Shown: positions 1-8,591 of the stretch, piece by piece
How the letters are laid out: each line of letters opens with the position of its first letter
Numbering within the stretch: the first letter of the stretch is position 1
IMG/VR virus record: IMGVR_UViG_3300030116_006303
Span: 1-64,000 of that record
Strand: one strand, 5' to 3'
DNA: 64,000 bases
From: an uncultured virus (IMG/VR IMGVR_UViG_3300030116_006303)
Lineage: Duplodnaviria > Heunggongvirae > Uroviricota > Caudoviricetes
Made by a program: the position numbers and the translations under genes
Notes under the pieces: model-generated
Database searches by the model: none
What the model was told of the DNA's origin: nothing
The model's input: the letters and a program-made list of their open reading frames with translations, nothing else

Positions 1-722
1 AGATCCGTCATATCAGGTGTCCAGTTCAACCATTTATCTCGATACCATTCCTGTGACGGTATAGAATCACCGATAGCTCTTGAGAAGTTTATAGCTGTAA
101 GATGTTTATATAACATCGTTTTATCATTAAGGCAGAAACCAAAGTTATAGTTCTGAAAGTGGCTGCTCGCAATCTGTAGTGCTTCGTGCCATGTACCAAA
201 GTAAGTCTTAATTCCGTCGACTCGTTTCGTTGCCCATATCATTGGTCCAACGCGATCTCTCTGAGGTACTCTCCAATTTATATTCTTCCACAGTTCTACC
301 TGCTTTGTTCCTAAGCATGGTATATCGGTTCTCTTGTCGAGCTCTTCGAATAAACCAACTAGCGACGGCCGATAGAATACCATATCAGGTTCCATGAACA
401 ATACATACGCAGGTTCGTATCCTACACGATCAACGGACTTACGGTACAACTGCGCAAACTGATTCGCAGGACTTTCAGTTTCAAAGCGTGCATAACGAAT
501 CTTATACTTATGGCGATAGTTTTGATAAAGAAATGTCTGTACATCTTCGTGTAGATCAGGCATAGGTATAGTTTCACCAAGATAGTTTACAGTCGGATGT
601 TCTACCCACGGTGTTAATGAATAGTATACAAAAACCCTATCCACTTCGTGTCTCACTGAATCTATTGATCTTTTTAAAAAGTCAAGACCATAGTGTATAC
701 GATATATAGCCCAACGTTCCAT
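1..722 (-). CDS. Glycosyltransferase-like protein (GT-A fold), truncated at window edge
   Basis: Not in ORF track; manual translation from ATG at 722: MERWAIYRIHYGLDFLKRSIDSV...YVLFMEPDMVF. Resembles a GT2 N-terminus with an ExD motif; open to position 1; TAATG overlap with upstream ORF. Confidence 0.65.
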   Translation of the reverse strand, partial: MERWAIYRIHYGLDFLKRSIDSVRHEVDRVFVYYSLTPWVEHPTVNYLGETIPMPDLHEDVQTFLYQNYRHKYKIRYARFETESPANQFAQLYRKSVDRVGYEPAYVLFMEPDMVFYRPSLVGLFEELDKRTDIPCLGTKQVELWKNINWRVPQRDRVGPMIWATKRVDGIKTYFGTWHEALQIASSHFQNYNFGFCLNDKTMLYKHLTAINFSRAIGDSIPSQEWYRDKWLNWTPDMTD

Positions 723-919
723 TACCACCATCCCATTGCATAGCCGTTACCCATTATGATAAAGAGACAGGTAACGACATGGAGTATAACCCATACCGTT
801 CGTATGATTGCAACCCTATCTGCTTTCGTATCTTCATTATAAGCCTTTGATCCAAGAGCCTTGCACCAATAGTTCCACATTCTATCCCCAGTCGTGTATT
901 TTCTCGTGATCATATACAC
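722..919 (-). CDS. Small hypothetical membrane protein
   Basis: 65-aa ORF (probable start MWNYW near 880) with a C-terminal hydrophobic helix, tightly packed in the operon. Confidence 0.6.
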   Translation of the reverse strand: MYMITRKYTTGDRMWNYWCKALGSKAYNEDTKADRVAIIRTVWVILHVVTCLFIIMGNGYAMGWW

Positions 920-1661
920 TCAAACCTGCTGCAGCCCTTTCATATTCCGAGTCCATCATTTCTAACAAGCCAAGTGCAATAGCAGCTCTCTTTTGTTTTG
1001 ATTCGCTGCTGTTAAAGATTACTTTATCCTTTTCATATAGGTTACCACGTTCAGCTGTACGATTGCGTTTCGTGGTTTCATCGGCTGCTGACTTTCCTGT
1101 TGTGAAGTGCAGATGTTCATTTACGACGTTTGGTATAAAGTGAGTCCGACCAATCCTTTGGCCGAGATCGAAGATCCATGTATCGTTGTATCCAAAGTTG
1201 AAGATACCTGGTGTAAAGTAACCAACTGTTTCGTACCACGTCTTTGATACTATCGGAAACGCGCAGTGCGACTCTCCATTGATAAGATCTTCGAACCACA
1301 TCACATATATATCGTCGGGATACTTTTTGATCTCCTCTTCTAACAGTTCGTCCCATCTTTCAGTCCTATACATCAGATCATCGTTACCCATAATAAGAAC
1401 GTCGGCGCCTCTGTCGATGGCGGCTTCAGCAAGAACGTTCCACGATTTAGAAACAGACTGAGGCTCACCGGTGCAGTTATGATTATTTGCTGGCTGCTTA
1501 CGAAGATAATCTTCATACGCTTTTTGCCTAGGATCATCTGAATCGATGTAGTTAAATGTATAGACTCTATCTTTATTTGCCGCAAGACCATGTACGGAAC
1601 TGATAAAGTTATCTAACTTACCAGGCCTTTGTCTTGTAGGAGTAAGCACTGCAAAGTTCAT
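882..1661 (-). CDS. Glycosyltransferase family 2-like protein
   Basis: MNFAVLTPTR start, YIDSDD, MGNDD (DxD-like), YNDTW and EHLH motifs typical of GT-A enzymes. Confidence 0.75.
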   Translation of the reverse strand: MNFAVLTPTRQRPGKLDNFISSVHGLAANKDRVYTFNYIDSDDPRQKAYEDYLRKQPANNHNCTGEPQSVSKSWNVLAEAAIDRGADVLIMGNDDLMYRTERWDELLEEEIKKYPDDIYVMWFEDLINGESHCAFPIVSKTWYETVGYFTPGIFNFGYNDTWIFDLGQRIGRTHFIPNVVNEHLHFTTGKSAADETTKRNRTAERGNLYEKDKVIFNSSESKQKRAAIALGLLEMMDSEYERAAAGLSVYDHEKIHDWG

Positions 1662-1912
1662 ATGTTTATATCTTTCTTCTGCGGGACGCATAATATGTTT
1701 CGACCTTGGATAGGTTTAACTTCATTATCTTTATAGATCGACATTGCATACTTATACAGTTTTTCACTGTGATCCTCATAATTAACATGCCTTACGCAAT
1801 CTTCAAAAGATTCAAAGTATAGCTCTTTTCCAGCATTATGAGTTATAAGAACACCATCGTCACCCTTGTATGCTTCAGGAAAGAGTAGAACGACAAGTAT
1901 AATCCATTTCAT
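1658..1912 (-). CDS. Hypothetical protein with N-terminal signal/hydrophobic segment
   Basis: MKWIILVVLLF start preceded by GGAG; overlaps neighbours by 4 nt. Confidence 0.6.
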   Translation of the reverse strand: MKWIILVVLLFPEAYKGDDGVLITHNAGKELYFESFEDCVRHVNYEDHSEKLYKYAMSIYKDNEVKPIQGRNILCVPQKKDINI

Positions 1913-2628
1913 GTTCGTCTCCAGTATTCTGCTATCCATGGGTTTGGTTTAAATTCTACTCCCCAAGGATGAGTGATTTGATTGATCGCTTGATGCGGAC
2001 GTGGTTCACCGTGAAAACATATGATAGCCGTTTCTTCATCAAGACCGGTTTCATATATCTGATACTTGTATGATTTTAGTTTACCAGGCCACTGATGTTG
2101 AAATAAATCTACAGGTATACGAAGTTGCTGAAATATCTCATGTAGTAACTCGCCATCACCACGTATGTTCTTTGTAATTTCTTCTTGGCGGTCGTAAAAT
2201 ATATCGTATATGAAATGAGCCCAATCTCGTTTCCATGCCAGGACGCCCGATTGAAATACATTGCGATAAGCATCGGGTTGCTCGTACTTATTATTTACTC
2301 CAAGGTTCTCGATACCGCAAAAGTCACGATCGTATTCTAGGAAGAAGTCTATGTTGCCTGTGATAACAGTATCGAGATCGAAGTACACAACGCGATCATT
2401 AAGTGTACCATCGTAAGTATGATGTTTTGCAAAGAGGTATAGTTTATTCCACCAGCCGTTCAGTCCAGTGGGAAGCGGTACACAATCAATTCCTTCGATC
2501 GGTCCATCCGTAAACGCTTTGAAACGAAACGGTACATTAGTGTTTCGCTGCACCATTTCTTTAAGGATATGAACATATTCATCAGAGTATTCCGTTCCCC
2601 ACTTGACGCATACAACATCAATCGACAT
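1909..2628 (-). CDS. Glycosyltransferase (GT8-like nucleotide-diphospho-sugar transferase)
   Basis: VVCVKWG N-terminus, WWNKL, YFDLDTVI (DxD), FQSGV, GD and CFHGEPRPH motifs. Confidence 0.8.
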   Translation of the reverse strand: MSIDVVCVKWGTEYSDEYVHILKEMVQRNTNVPFRFKAFTDGPIEGIDCVPLPTGLNGWWNKLYLFAKHHTYDGTLNDRVVYFDLDTVITGNIDFFLEYDRDFCGIENLGVNNKYEQPDAYRNVFQSGVLAWKRDWAHFIYDIFYDRQEEITKNIRGDGELLHEIFQQLRIPVDLFQHQWPGKLKSYKYQIYETGLDEETAIICFHGEPRPHQAINQITHPWGVEFKPNPWIAEYWRRT

Positions 2629-2974
2629 TATTTATACCACCCACTGTCTTACGAACAATGTCTTCTGATATTTCATTCAAGTAGTAGACTTCAAGAGCCT
2701 GAGCCGGCTCGTCGGTCGTCTTGAACATATGATACTCATTAGGAGCTACAGATGTGTATTGACCCTGAAAGAGAGTCGTTGTATCTACAAGATCGTAGTC
2801 GTTCTTATGAACCTCGATGTGGAGCTTTCCTTTGATCACATAGAACATGTTGTACTTGAACTCGTGTTTATGTAACGAGCATTGTGATCTCGGATTGATA
2901 TCGATGCGATGAACCTCGACCATCGATGTCGTCAGAAGGGTTTCAGTTGTTCCCCAGATCTTTCCGTGCTTCAT
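2618..2974 (-). CDS. Cupin-domain protein (mannose-6-phosphate isomerase-like)
   Basis: KIWG start, CSLHKH...FYVIKG...YH cupin metal-binding pattern. Confidence 0.8.
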   Translation of the reverse strand: MKHGKIWGTTETLLTTSMVEVHRIDINPRSQCSLHKHEFKYNMFYVIKGKLHIEVHKNDYDLVDTTTLFQGQYTSVAPNEYHMFKTTDEPAQALEVYYLNEISEDIVRKTVGGINNVD

Positions 2975-3116
2975 CGTATAATCGCTTTTCTTTCATTTTA
3001 CGAACGAGAAACATATCCCATGACTCACCGGGATTGCCTATCGTCGGCAGTTTATCAAATATATTATACTTTAGTTCTTCATCTTTGTCAATAAGTGGTA
3101 TCTGTTTACTTTGCAT
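2943..3116 (-). CDS. Possible small hypothetical protein (57 aa)
   Basis: Manual translation MQSKQIPLIDKDEELKYNIFDKLPTIGNPGESWDMFLVRKMKEKRLYDEARKDLGNN fills the gap between nuclease and cupin. Confidence 0.4.
   Translation of the reverse strand: MQSKQIPLIDKDEELKYNIFDKLPTIGNPGESWDMFLVRKMKEKRLYDEARKDLGNN
3063..3091 (-). promoter_or_regulatory. Consensus sigma70-type early/middle promoter for the cupin-glycosyltransferase cluster
   Basis: TTGACA-N17-TATAAT, an exact consensus on the minus strand. Confidence 0.85.
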
Positions 3117-3493
3117 CCTATAAACTCATTGTAGTATTGGTCAGGATATAACAAGCAGTCTGACTCAAATTGTAACTTAGCTTCATAGTAACTCATCTCC
3201 GCTTTCTTTTTACATAGGCGTATGATTTCACGGTGGAAGTTATCTCTTCCTTTCTCTTCTACAAGTAGCTTAACTGATTCGCTTGAACCGTAGTAGTCCT
3301 GCCAATCCGTTTCAACGATTTTAGTTCGCCTTCTTTTCTTACCCTTAAGAGGTGGTAGTTTTCTTTTTGAGATTAAGCCTTTCTTACCGATGTATTTCAG
3401 GCCATTTGAAAGATCTGTGATCACATATACCATACCTACGTAATCACCTATCATTTCACTCGTAAAGGGTTCATTATTATAATACCAAGTCAT
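3071..3493 (-). CDS. GIY-YIG family endonuclease
   Basis: GMVYVI...YIGKK motif, YYGSS, conserved E (YEAK) and YYN. Confidence 0.85.
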   Translation of the reverse strand: MTWYYNNEPFTSEMIGDYVGMVYVITDLSNGLKYIGKKGLISKRKLPPLKGKKRRRTKIVETDWQDYYGSSESVKLLVEEKGRDNFHREIIRLCKKKAEMSYYEAKLQFESDCLLYPDQYYNEFIGCKVNRYHLLTKMKN

Positions 3494-3507
3494 ATATTAT
3501 ATATAAC

Positions 3508-3900
3508 TTATAATTGTCTGTCCTTCTCTAAACTGAGTTTATCCTTCATACTCATAACATAAGCTGCGATCGAGAGTACAAGTATCGCTCCTGCTTCTGC
3601 CATCAGCACTAATGGATCTGCATCTTTACTATTCAGAACGATGAGTCTACAGAGCGCTGTGATAGCGATTACGATCGGTAAAGTAACAGGTATTCGATTG
3701 CTTGTGTAAAACACTCCGACCATACCGACGATCTCTGCATAGATGAACAACAGAAAAAGATCTGCCAGTTCTATCTTCATATCTATCCACACCATCTGAT
3801 ATATATCGAGTCCTGCTGCTATCATCGTAAGTATACCTATGACAGCGAGTAACCCTTTTTCACTTACTTCAGTGGTCCAATGTAATTTACTTTTGATTAT
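3508..3900 (-). CDS. psiE: PsiE-family (phosphate-starvation-inducible) membrane protein
   Basis: DLFLLFIYAEIVGMV...IPVTLPIVIAITALCRLIV pattern, multiple TM helices; first ATG is 3825 but the frame is open to about 3900 behind an AAGGAG SD. Confidence 0.75.
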   Translation of the reverse strand: MIKSKLHWTTEVSEKGLLAVIGILTMIAAGLDIYQMVWIDMKIELADLFLLFIYAEIVGMVGVFYTSNRIPVTLPIVIAITALCRLIVLNSKDADPLVLMAEAGAILVLSIAAYVMSMKDKLSLEKDRQL

Positions 3901-3908
3901 ATCACTCC

Positions 3909-4100
3909 TTAAAAATCAATACATCTACCTTTGTGTTCCCAATCACCATAGCGAGTGGCATCTTTATTATAATCCGTACGCCCATCTATTTCATTTGGTA
4001 GATTTTCGGTGGCAGCAGAATATACATCAGGCTTATGTATGTCAGTTATACTTTCTGTAAATTTATGAGTAGTCGTCGTTATCTGGGTCGGACCATTCAT
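3909..4100 (-). CDS. DUF1674 / SDHAF4-like (succinate dehydrogenase assembly factor 4) protein
   Basis: C-terminus EIDG...ATRYGDWEHKGRCIDF matches the family signature (P)TRYGDWE.KGR..DF. Confidence 0.8.
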   Translation of the reverse strand: MNGPTQITTTTHKFTESITDIHKPDVYSAATENLPNEIDGRTDYNKDATRYGDWEHKGRCIDF

Positions 4101-4245
4101 ATCCTTCTTCTTCGTCGTCGTCGTCTTCTTCTTCCCAGAAAAGATCTGCTCCACAGAACGGACAGTATGCTGGATCATGTTCTTCATCATTGTACTTTAA
4201 CTCGAAATCTGCACCACAATCAGTACATATTATCTTTTGTTTCAT
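4063..4245 (-). CDS. Small zinc-ribbon protein with acidic tail
   Basis: CTDC...CPFC and a D/E-rich C-terminus. Confidence 0.7.
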   Translation of the reverse strand: MKQKIICTDCGADFELKYNDEEHDPAYCPFCGADLFWEEEDDDDEEEGYEWSDPDNDDYS

Positions 4246-4254
4246 TCATCTCTC

Positions 4255-5226
4255 TTATGTTGCCCAAACTTCATCCCAAGAACCGGAGAGTGCTCCCTTT
4301 GCATAATCAGTCGCGCGATTCTCAAAGAAGTTTGTATGAGTTGGTGCATTAATCATTTCTTCTACCCAGGGTAATGGATTCTTTTTAACTTTAAAGATAC
4401 CTTTCATTCCCATGGATATCAAACGTCTATCCGCAATGTAACGAATGTACTGCTTGATCTCACTATCTCGCAGACCTTGCACGGGACCCATGCTGTATGC
4501 AAGATCGATAAAGGAGTCTTCGAGCTCAACCATCTTTGTACAAACAGAATAGATCTGGCTCTTTGTTGCATCATTCCATACTTCACGATTCTCTTCGACA
4601 TATGTACGGAACAACTGAATTACACCTTCGGCATGTTGTGTTTCATCGACGATTGACCACGTAACGATCTGTCCCATACCTTTCATCTTGCCATGACGTG
4701 GAAAGTTCAACAGCATAATGAATGATGCAAAGAGTGCAAGCCCTTCGGAGAAGGCAGAGATTGCAGCCAGTTTGACAGGAAGCGCAACACCGTTGTTGAT
4801 CTTCTTCACAAAGTACTCATGCTTCTCTCGCATTACATCGTATTCCATAAACTCGTTGTATGTCGTTTCCGGCATACCGAGCGATTCGATCAGATGAGAA
4901 TATGCTGCAATGTGTAAGGCTTCACGCGCAGCAAAAGAAGAAAGCATCATACGTACTTCAGGCTGCGGAAACTCTGGCAAATAATTCTTTACATATCCGC
5001 CAGCAACATCGATGTCAGCCTGTGTAAAGAAACGAAAGATTTGTGTTAAGAAATACTTTTCTTCTGTACTTAAACGGTTTTTCCAATCTTTTACATCCTC
5101 AAGCATAGGAACTTCTGTATGTAACCAGTGAGACTGTTCATGCTTCAACCATCTGTCGTATGCCCACGGATAGTGGAAAGGTTTGAAGTAGTCTCTCTCG
5201 TCCTGAAGCTTAAGAGTCTTGGCCAT
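4255..5226 (-). CDS. nrdB: Ribonucleotide reductase class I beta subunit
   Basis: FFTQAD, EALH...Y, EG..LFASF, DETQH diiron motifs; NFFE.RATDY tail. Confidence 0.95.
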   Translation of the reverse strand: MAKTLKLQDERDYFKPFHYPWAYDRWLKHEQSHWLHTEVPMLEDVKDWKNRLSTEEKYFLTQIFRFFTQADIDVAGGYVKNYLPEFPQPEVRMMLSSFAAREALHIAAYSHLIESLGMPETTYNEFMEYDVMREKHEYFVKKINNGVALPVKLAAISAFSEGLALFASFIMLLNFPRHGKMKGMGQIVTWSIVDETQHAEGVIQLFRTYVEENREVWNDATKSQIYSVCTKMVELEDSFIDLAYSMGPVQGLRDSEIKQYIRYIADRRLISMGMKGIFKVKKNPLPWVEEMINAPTHTNFFENRATDYAKGALSGSWDEVWAT

Positions 5227-5434
5227 TGTAGTATTCCTTTAGTCCTGTGTATCCACCCTCAAGAAGTTCACCATCGATGAAGATCTGAGGGACTGTTTTT
5301 AAGTTGTATTCTGCCATGATGGCTGATGCTTCCATCACATCAACTTCTTCATACTCTTGACCATGAAATTTAAGCAAACTTTTTGCGGCATCACAATATC
5401 CGCATAATATTCCGGTGACTATTTTTACGTTCAT
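5210..5434 (-). CDS. nrdC: Glutaredoxin
   Basis: CGYC active site, TVPQIFIDG, GGY; lies between nrdA and nrdB. Confidence 0.9.
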   Translation of the reverse strand: MNVKIVTGILCGYCDAAKSLLKFHGQEYEEVDVMEASAIMAEYNLKTVPQIFIDGELLEGGYTGLKEYYNGQDS

Positions 5435-5628
5435 AGCCATTTATCACGCAATACTTCAAGTTTATCTTTTGCTTCCGCGATGCGTTCGATCTGCGTATCA
5501 ACAGCTGCAGTTATGTCAGGGTGTTCTCCGATACCTGCAGGATTTGAAAGATACACTCCAACGTTCGCCTCGCCCTCTGCGATAGCCGCTAGATATTTTT
5601 GTTCCAGTGCTTTTAATAATTCAATCAT
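5431..5628 (-). CDS. Hypothetical protein
   Basis: 65-aa ORF (NPAGIGEHPD motif) tightly packed in the nrd operon. Confidence 0.7.
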   Translation of the reverse strand: MIELLKALEQKYLAAIAEGEANVGVYLSNPAGIGEHPDITAAVDTQIERIAEAKDKLEVLRDKWL

Positions 5629-7419
5629 TTATCCCTCGCAAGCTAAACATTCTTCGCCAGCCGCAAGTGCCGACATATCTATTTCTTGTATGATCTGTCT
5701 CTCGATTCGTTTCGAGACACGATCTGCTTTGCCGATCTTTTCTGATCGGCAGTAATACATTGTCTTTAGTTGTTTCTTCCACGCTAAAAAATGAACAGCG
5801 TGCAGATACGAAATATTCGCATCTGGTCTAAAGAAGACATTTAAAGATTGTGATTGGTCGATATACTCCTGACGATCAGCGGCATGCTCAATAACCCAAC
5901 GCTGATCAATTTCCATTGCTGTTTTATATATATCTTTCTCATATTCCGACAAGCATTTAAGGTTTTGAACCGAGCCATCATTTGCGATGATACTCGACCA
6001 AAGCTTGTCGTAGTCCAGTGAACTATCCTCTTCGCATTTTTGTCTTAAAAGTTTATCAAGGTACTTGTTCTTATTTAAAAAGGAACCGCTAAGCGTATCT
6101 TGACGGTAGGCATTAGCTCGCCACGGTTCAATCGAGGGGGATGTATTACCCATGATGATAGAAGACGAGGCGTTTGGAGCCACTGCCATGACATGACTAC
6201 ATCTCCGTCCAGTTCCTTCAGCATCGGGAGCCTCACCGCGTTCTCTTCCAAGTTTAAGATTAGCCTCGTCAAGACCTTTTCGGATATGCCTAAACATTCT
6301 GATGTTAGCGGATTTTGCAAGGGCAGATTCCCAGGGCATTCCCTTTTTCTGTAGGTAGGCATGGAAACCGAGTGCTCCGACTCCGATCGAGCGTTCTCGC
6401 ATAGCGGAAAACTTAGCACGAGCAATATTGTCAGGAGCGTTATCGATAAATTTATCCAGGACGTTGTCCAACATTTCAAGAATGTCATGCAGGAATCTTT
6501 TATCTTTTGACCATTCATCGAAGTATTCTAGATTTACTGAAGAGAGACAACATACCGCTGTTCTTTCTTCGTTAGTAGGTAAAATAATTTCAGAACAAAG
6601 ATTTGACTGATGAATCTTAAGATCACGTTCCTTAAGCCATGCCGGTAATTTACGGTTAGATTCATCAATAAAGTGCAGATAAGGTTCACCCGTCTGCATA
6701 CGCATTTCAAGTATACGCTGCCAAAGGTCACGCGCTGATACAGTTTCCCGCACATCACCCGTATGCGGATCCTTCAGCTGCCAAGAATCATCAAACTCAG
6801 GATCGGTCATACAGGATTCAAGTACCTGCATAAACTCATCAGAGATATTTATACCATGATGCAGATTAAGACAACGAAAGTTTTGATCACCAGTTGGTTT
6901 TCTCATCTCCAAAAAGAGTAAAAGATCGGGATGAGATATATCCAAATAAGCGGCGTAAGAACCACGACGAGTGCGACCTTGACGATAAGCGAGGGAAGAA
7001 GCATCATACATTTTAAGATGAGGCATGACACCAGTAGACTTGTCATCAGCGCTGCGAATTCCAAAACCAATTCCTACTCCTCCTCCTAACATCGAGAGCC
7101 AGTTCGTCTCCGAGAGATTTTCAACCAGACCTTCCGCTGTATCATTAATGAAATTGAGATAACAACTAATAGGAAGGCCACGCTTAGAACGGCCATAGGA
7201 TAAGATAGGAGTACTATAACTAAGCCAATGCTTGCTGACATAATCGTACAGCCGCTGAGAATGATCTGAATCAGATCCGAATGTCTTTGAAACATATGCA
7301 AACCTTTCCTGCGGTGATATCTCTTCCTCGATCATATAAGATTCTTTAAGTCGCATTGTTCCAAGATCATCGAACAACGCGTCACGATTTGGGTCAATAG
7401 TAATACCCATATGTTCCAT
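5629..7419 (-). CDS. nrdA: Ribonucleotide reductase class I alpha subunit (no ATP cone)
   Basis: PISC, SNLCSEI (thiyl radical Cys), VAPNASSS, TMYY, C-terminal CLAC. Confidence 0.97.
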   Translation of the reverse strand: MEHMGITIDPNRDALFDDLGTMRLKESYMIEEEISPQERFAYVSKTFGSDSDHSQRLYDYVSKHWLSYSTPILSYGRSKRGLPISCYLNFINDTAEGLVENLSETNWLSMLGGGVGIGFGIRSADDKSTGVMPHLKMYDASSLAYRQGRTRRGSYAAYLDISHPDLLLFLEMRKPTGDQNFRCLNLHHGINISDEFMQVLESCMTDPEFDDSWQLKDPHTGDVRETVSARDLWQRILEMRMQTGEPYLHFIDESNRKLPAWLKERDLKIHQSNLCSEIILPTNEERTAVCCLSSVNLEYFDEWSKDKRFLHDILEMLDNVLDKFIDNAPDNIARAKFSAMRERSIGVGALGFHAYLQKKGMPWESALAKSANIRMFRHIRKGLDEANLKLGRERGEAPDAEGTGRRCSHVMAVAPNASSSIIMGNTSPSIEPWRANAYRQDTLSGSFLNKNKYLDKLLRQKCEEDSSLDYDKLWSSIIANDGSVQNLKCLSEYEKDIYKTAMEIDQRWVIEHAADRQEYIDQSQSLNVFFRPDANISYLHAVHFLAWKKQLKTMYYCRSEKIGKADRVSKRIERQIIQEIDMSALAAGEECLACEG

Positions 7420-7428
7420 AAACTTCTC

Positions 7429-7953
7429 CTAGTATAAATGCAAGTACGTACTTAAAAGATACTTTTTTGTTAGTGGTTGTTTTAATTTATTACCTCGATG
7501 TGGATGCGTCCAGTACGGAGGAAACATAACAACACGTCCCTGCTGCGGTTTAATGCTCATACCTTGCATCGGAAAATCTGTTTCGCCACCCTCTTCGACA
7601 TCGTTCAGGTACCAAAAGATTGCGAGATATCTTTGCATACTCTGATCGTCGTTTGCATCTATGTGTAGATCGAACCAATCATCAGATTGGTACGTATACT
7701 TCTTGATACGAAAATCTTCGAGCTTTGTGATCTTATCGTGTATATGATTGAAGTATCCGGGACCGTACCCCTCAATGTAGCGATCTACAGCAGATCGAGT
7801 AACATCGATTAAAGTCTTATTGGGCTGTAGTGTAATCTGAGTGAAACGAGGTACGTCAACAAATCTTTCTTGCTCATCGGTGCATTCTTCAAAGTAATGC
7901 ATCAGGCTCGCACACAGTTCTCGATCCATATGATTTTCTATAGTGAATATCAT
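7429..7953 (-). CDS. 2OG-Fe(II) oxygenase (prolyl-4-hydroxylase-like)
   Basis: HID, YLNDVEEGGET, FPP.WTHPH, KY motifs. Confidence 0.88.
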   Translation of the reverse strand: MIFTIENHMDRELCASLMHYFEECTDEQERFVDVPRFTQITLQPNKTLIDVTRSAVDRYIEGYGPGYFNHIHDKITKLEDFRIKKYTYQSDDWFDLHIDANDDQSMQRYLAIFWYLNDVEEGGETDFPMQGMSIKPQQGRVVMFPPYWTHPHRGNKLKQPLTKKYLLSTYLHLY

Positions 7954-8591
7954 TTTATATCGGCCAACATCGGAAAGATTTTAGCAATCTCCGTTGCGCA
8001 TGCTTCAGCAACTTCCATATGTTCTTTCTGTGTACCGTTTGCAGTACGCAGTTCAATGTAGTGTATCCAACTTCGCAATGTTCCGTTCATATACATTCGA
8101 GACATTGTTAACCCTTCAGGAAGTACAGCCCTTGCCTGTTCTTTAGCTATACCTTTACTGATTGCCCATTGGTATGCAGCTTTTGCATCTTCAATAACCA
8201 TCTGTTGCAATGTATCCCAATCAGATTGCAATTTTTTATCATCTGTTTCGATGCTGTTCTGACGATTCTTTTTATCTTGCAATCTTGCTTCACGTAATGA
8301 AAAGTCAAGGTCTGATGTCGGATCGGCATAGCGTTGGCTGAACTCTTGAAAAGAAAAAGAACGATGACGCAGTATCTGACGAGCAATATCACGAGTTGTT
8401 TCGATCTCAAGGCAAGCGCTTACCATCTCGAAAGGAGACCAATGTTTATGCTTGATTAGATACTTTAGCAGTTTATCTGATGTTTGTTTATTATTTTGGT
8501 TGGATGGATTTGATACGCGAGCGGCAAAAGCAATAAGATCTTGTAGGTCTCCAGACTGACCTTGAGAATATGATATAAGACTTACTTGCAT
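7950..8591 (-). CDS. thyX: Flavin-dependent thymidylate synthase
   Basis: HWSPFE, RQILRHRSFSFQEFSQRY ThyX motif, EQARAVLP. Confidence 0.96.
   Translation of the reverse strand: MQVSLISYSQGQSGDLQDLIAFAARVSNPSNQNNKQTSDKLLKYLIKHKHWSPFEMVSACLEIETTRDIARQILRHRSFSFQEFSQRYADPTSDLDFSLREARLQDKKNRQNSIETDDKKLQSDWDTLQQMVIEDAKAAYQWAISKGIAKEQARAVLPEGLTMSRMYMNGTLRSWIHYIELRTANGTQKEHMEVAEACATEIAKIFPMLADIK

Noticed and set aside
3071..3493. Mobile intron or homing element
   Set aside because: Free-standing short GIY-YIG gene; nrdA, nrdB and thyX are uninterrupted, with no intron or intein evident
4101..4190. N-terminal extension of the DUF1674 ORF (KKKTTTTKKK)
   Set aside because: Alternative-frame reading of the acidic tail of the zinc-ribbon gene; ATG 4100 with upstream AAGGA is the more plausible start
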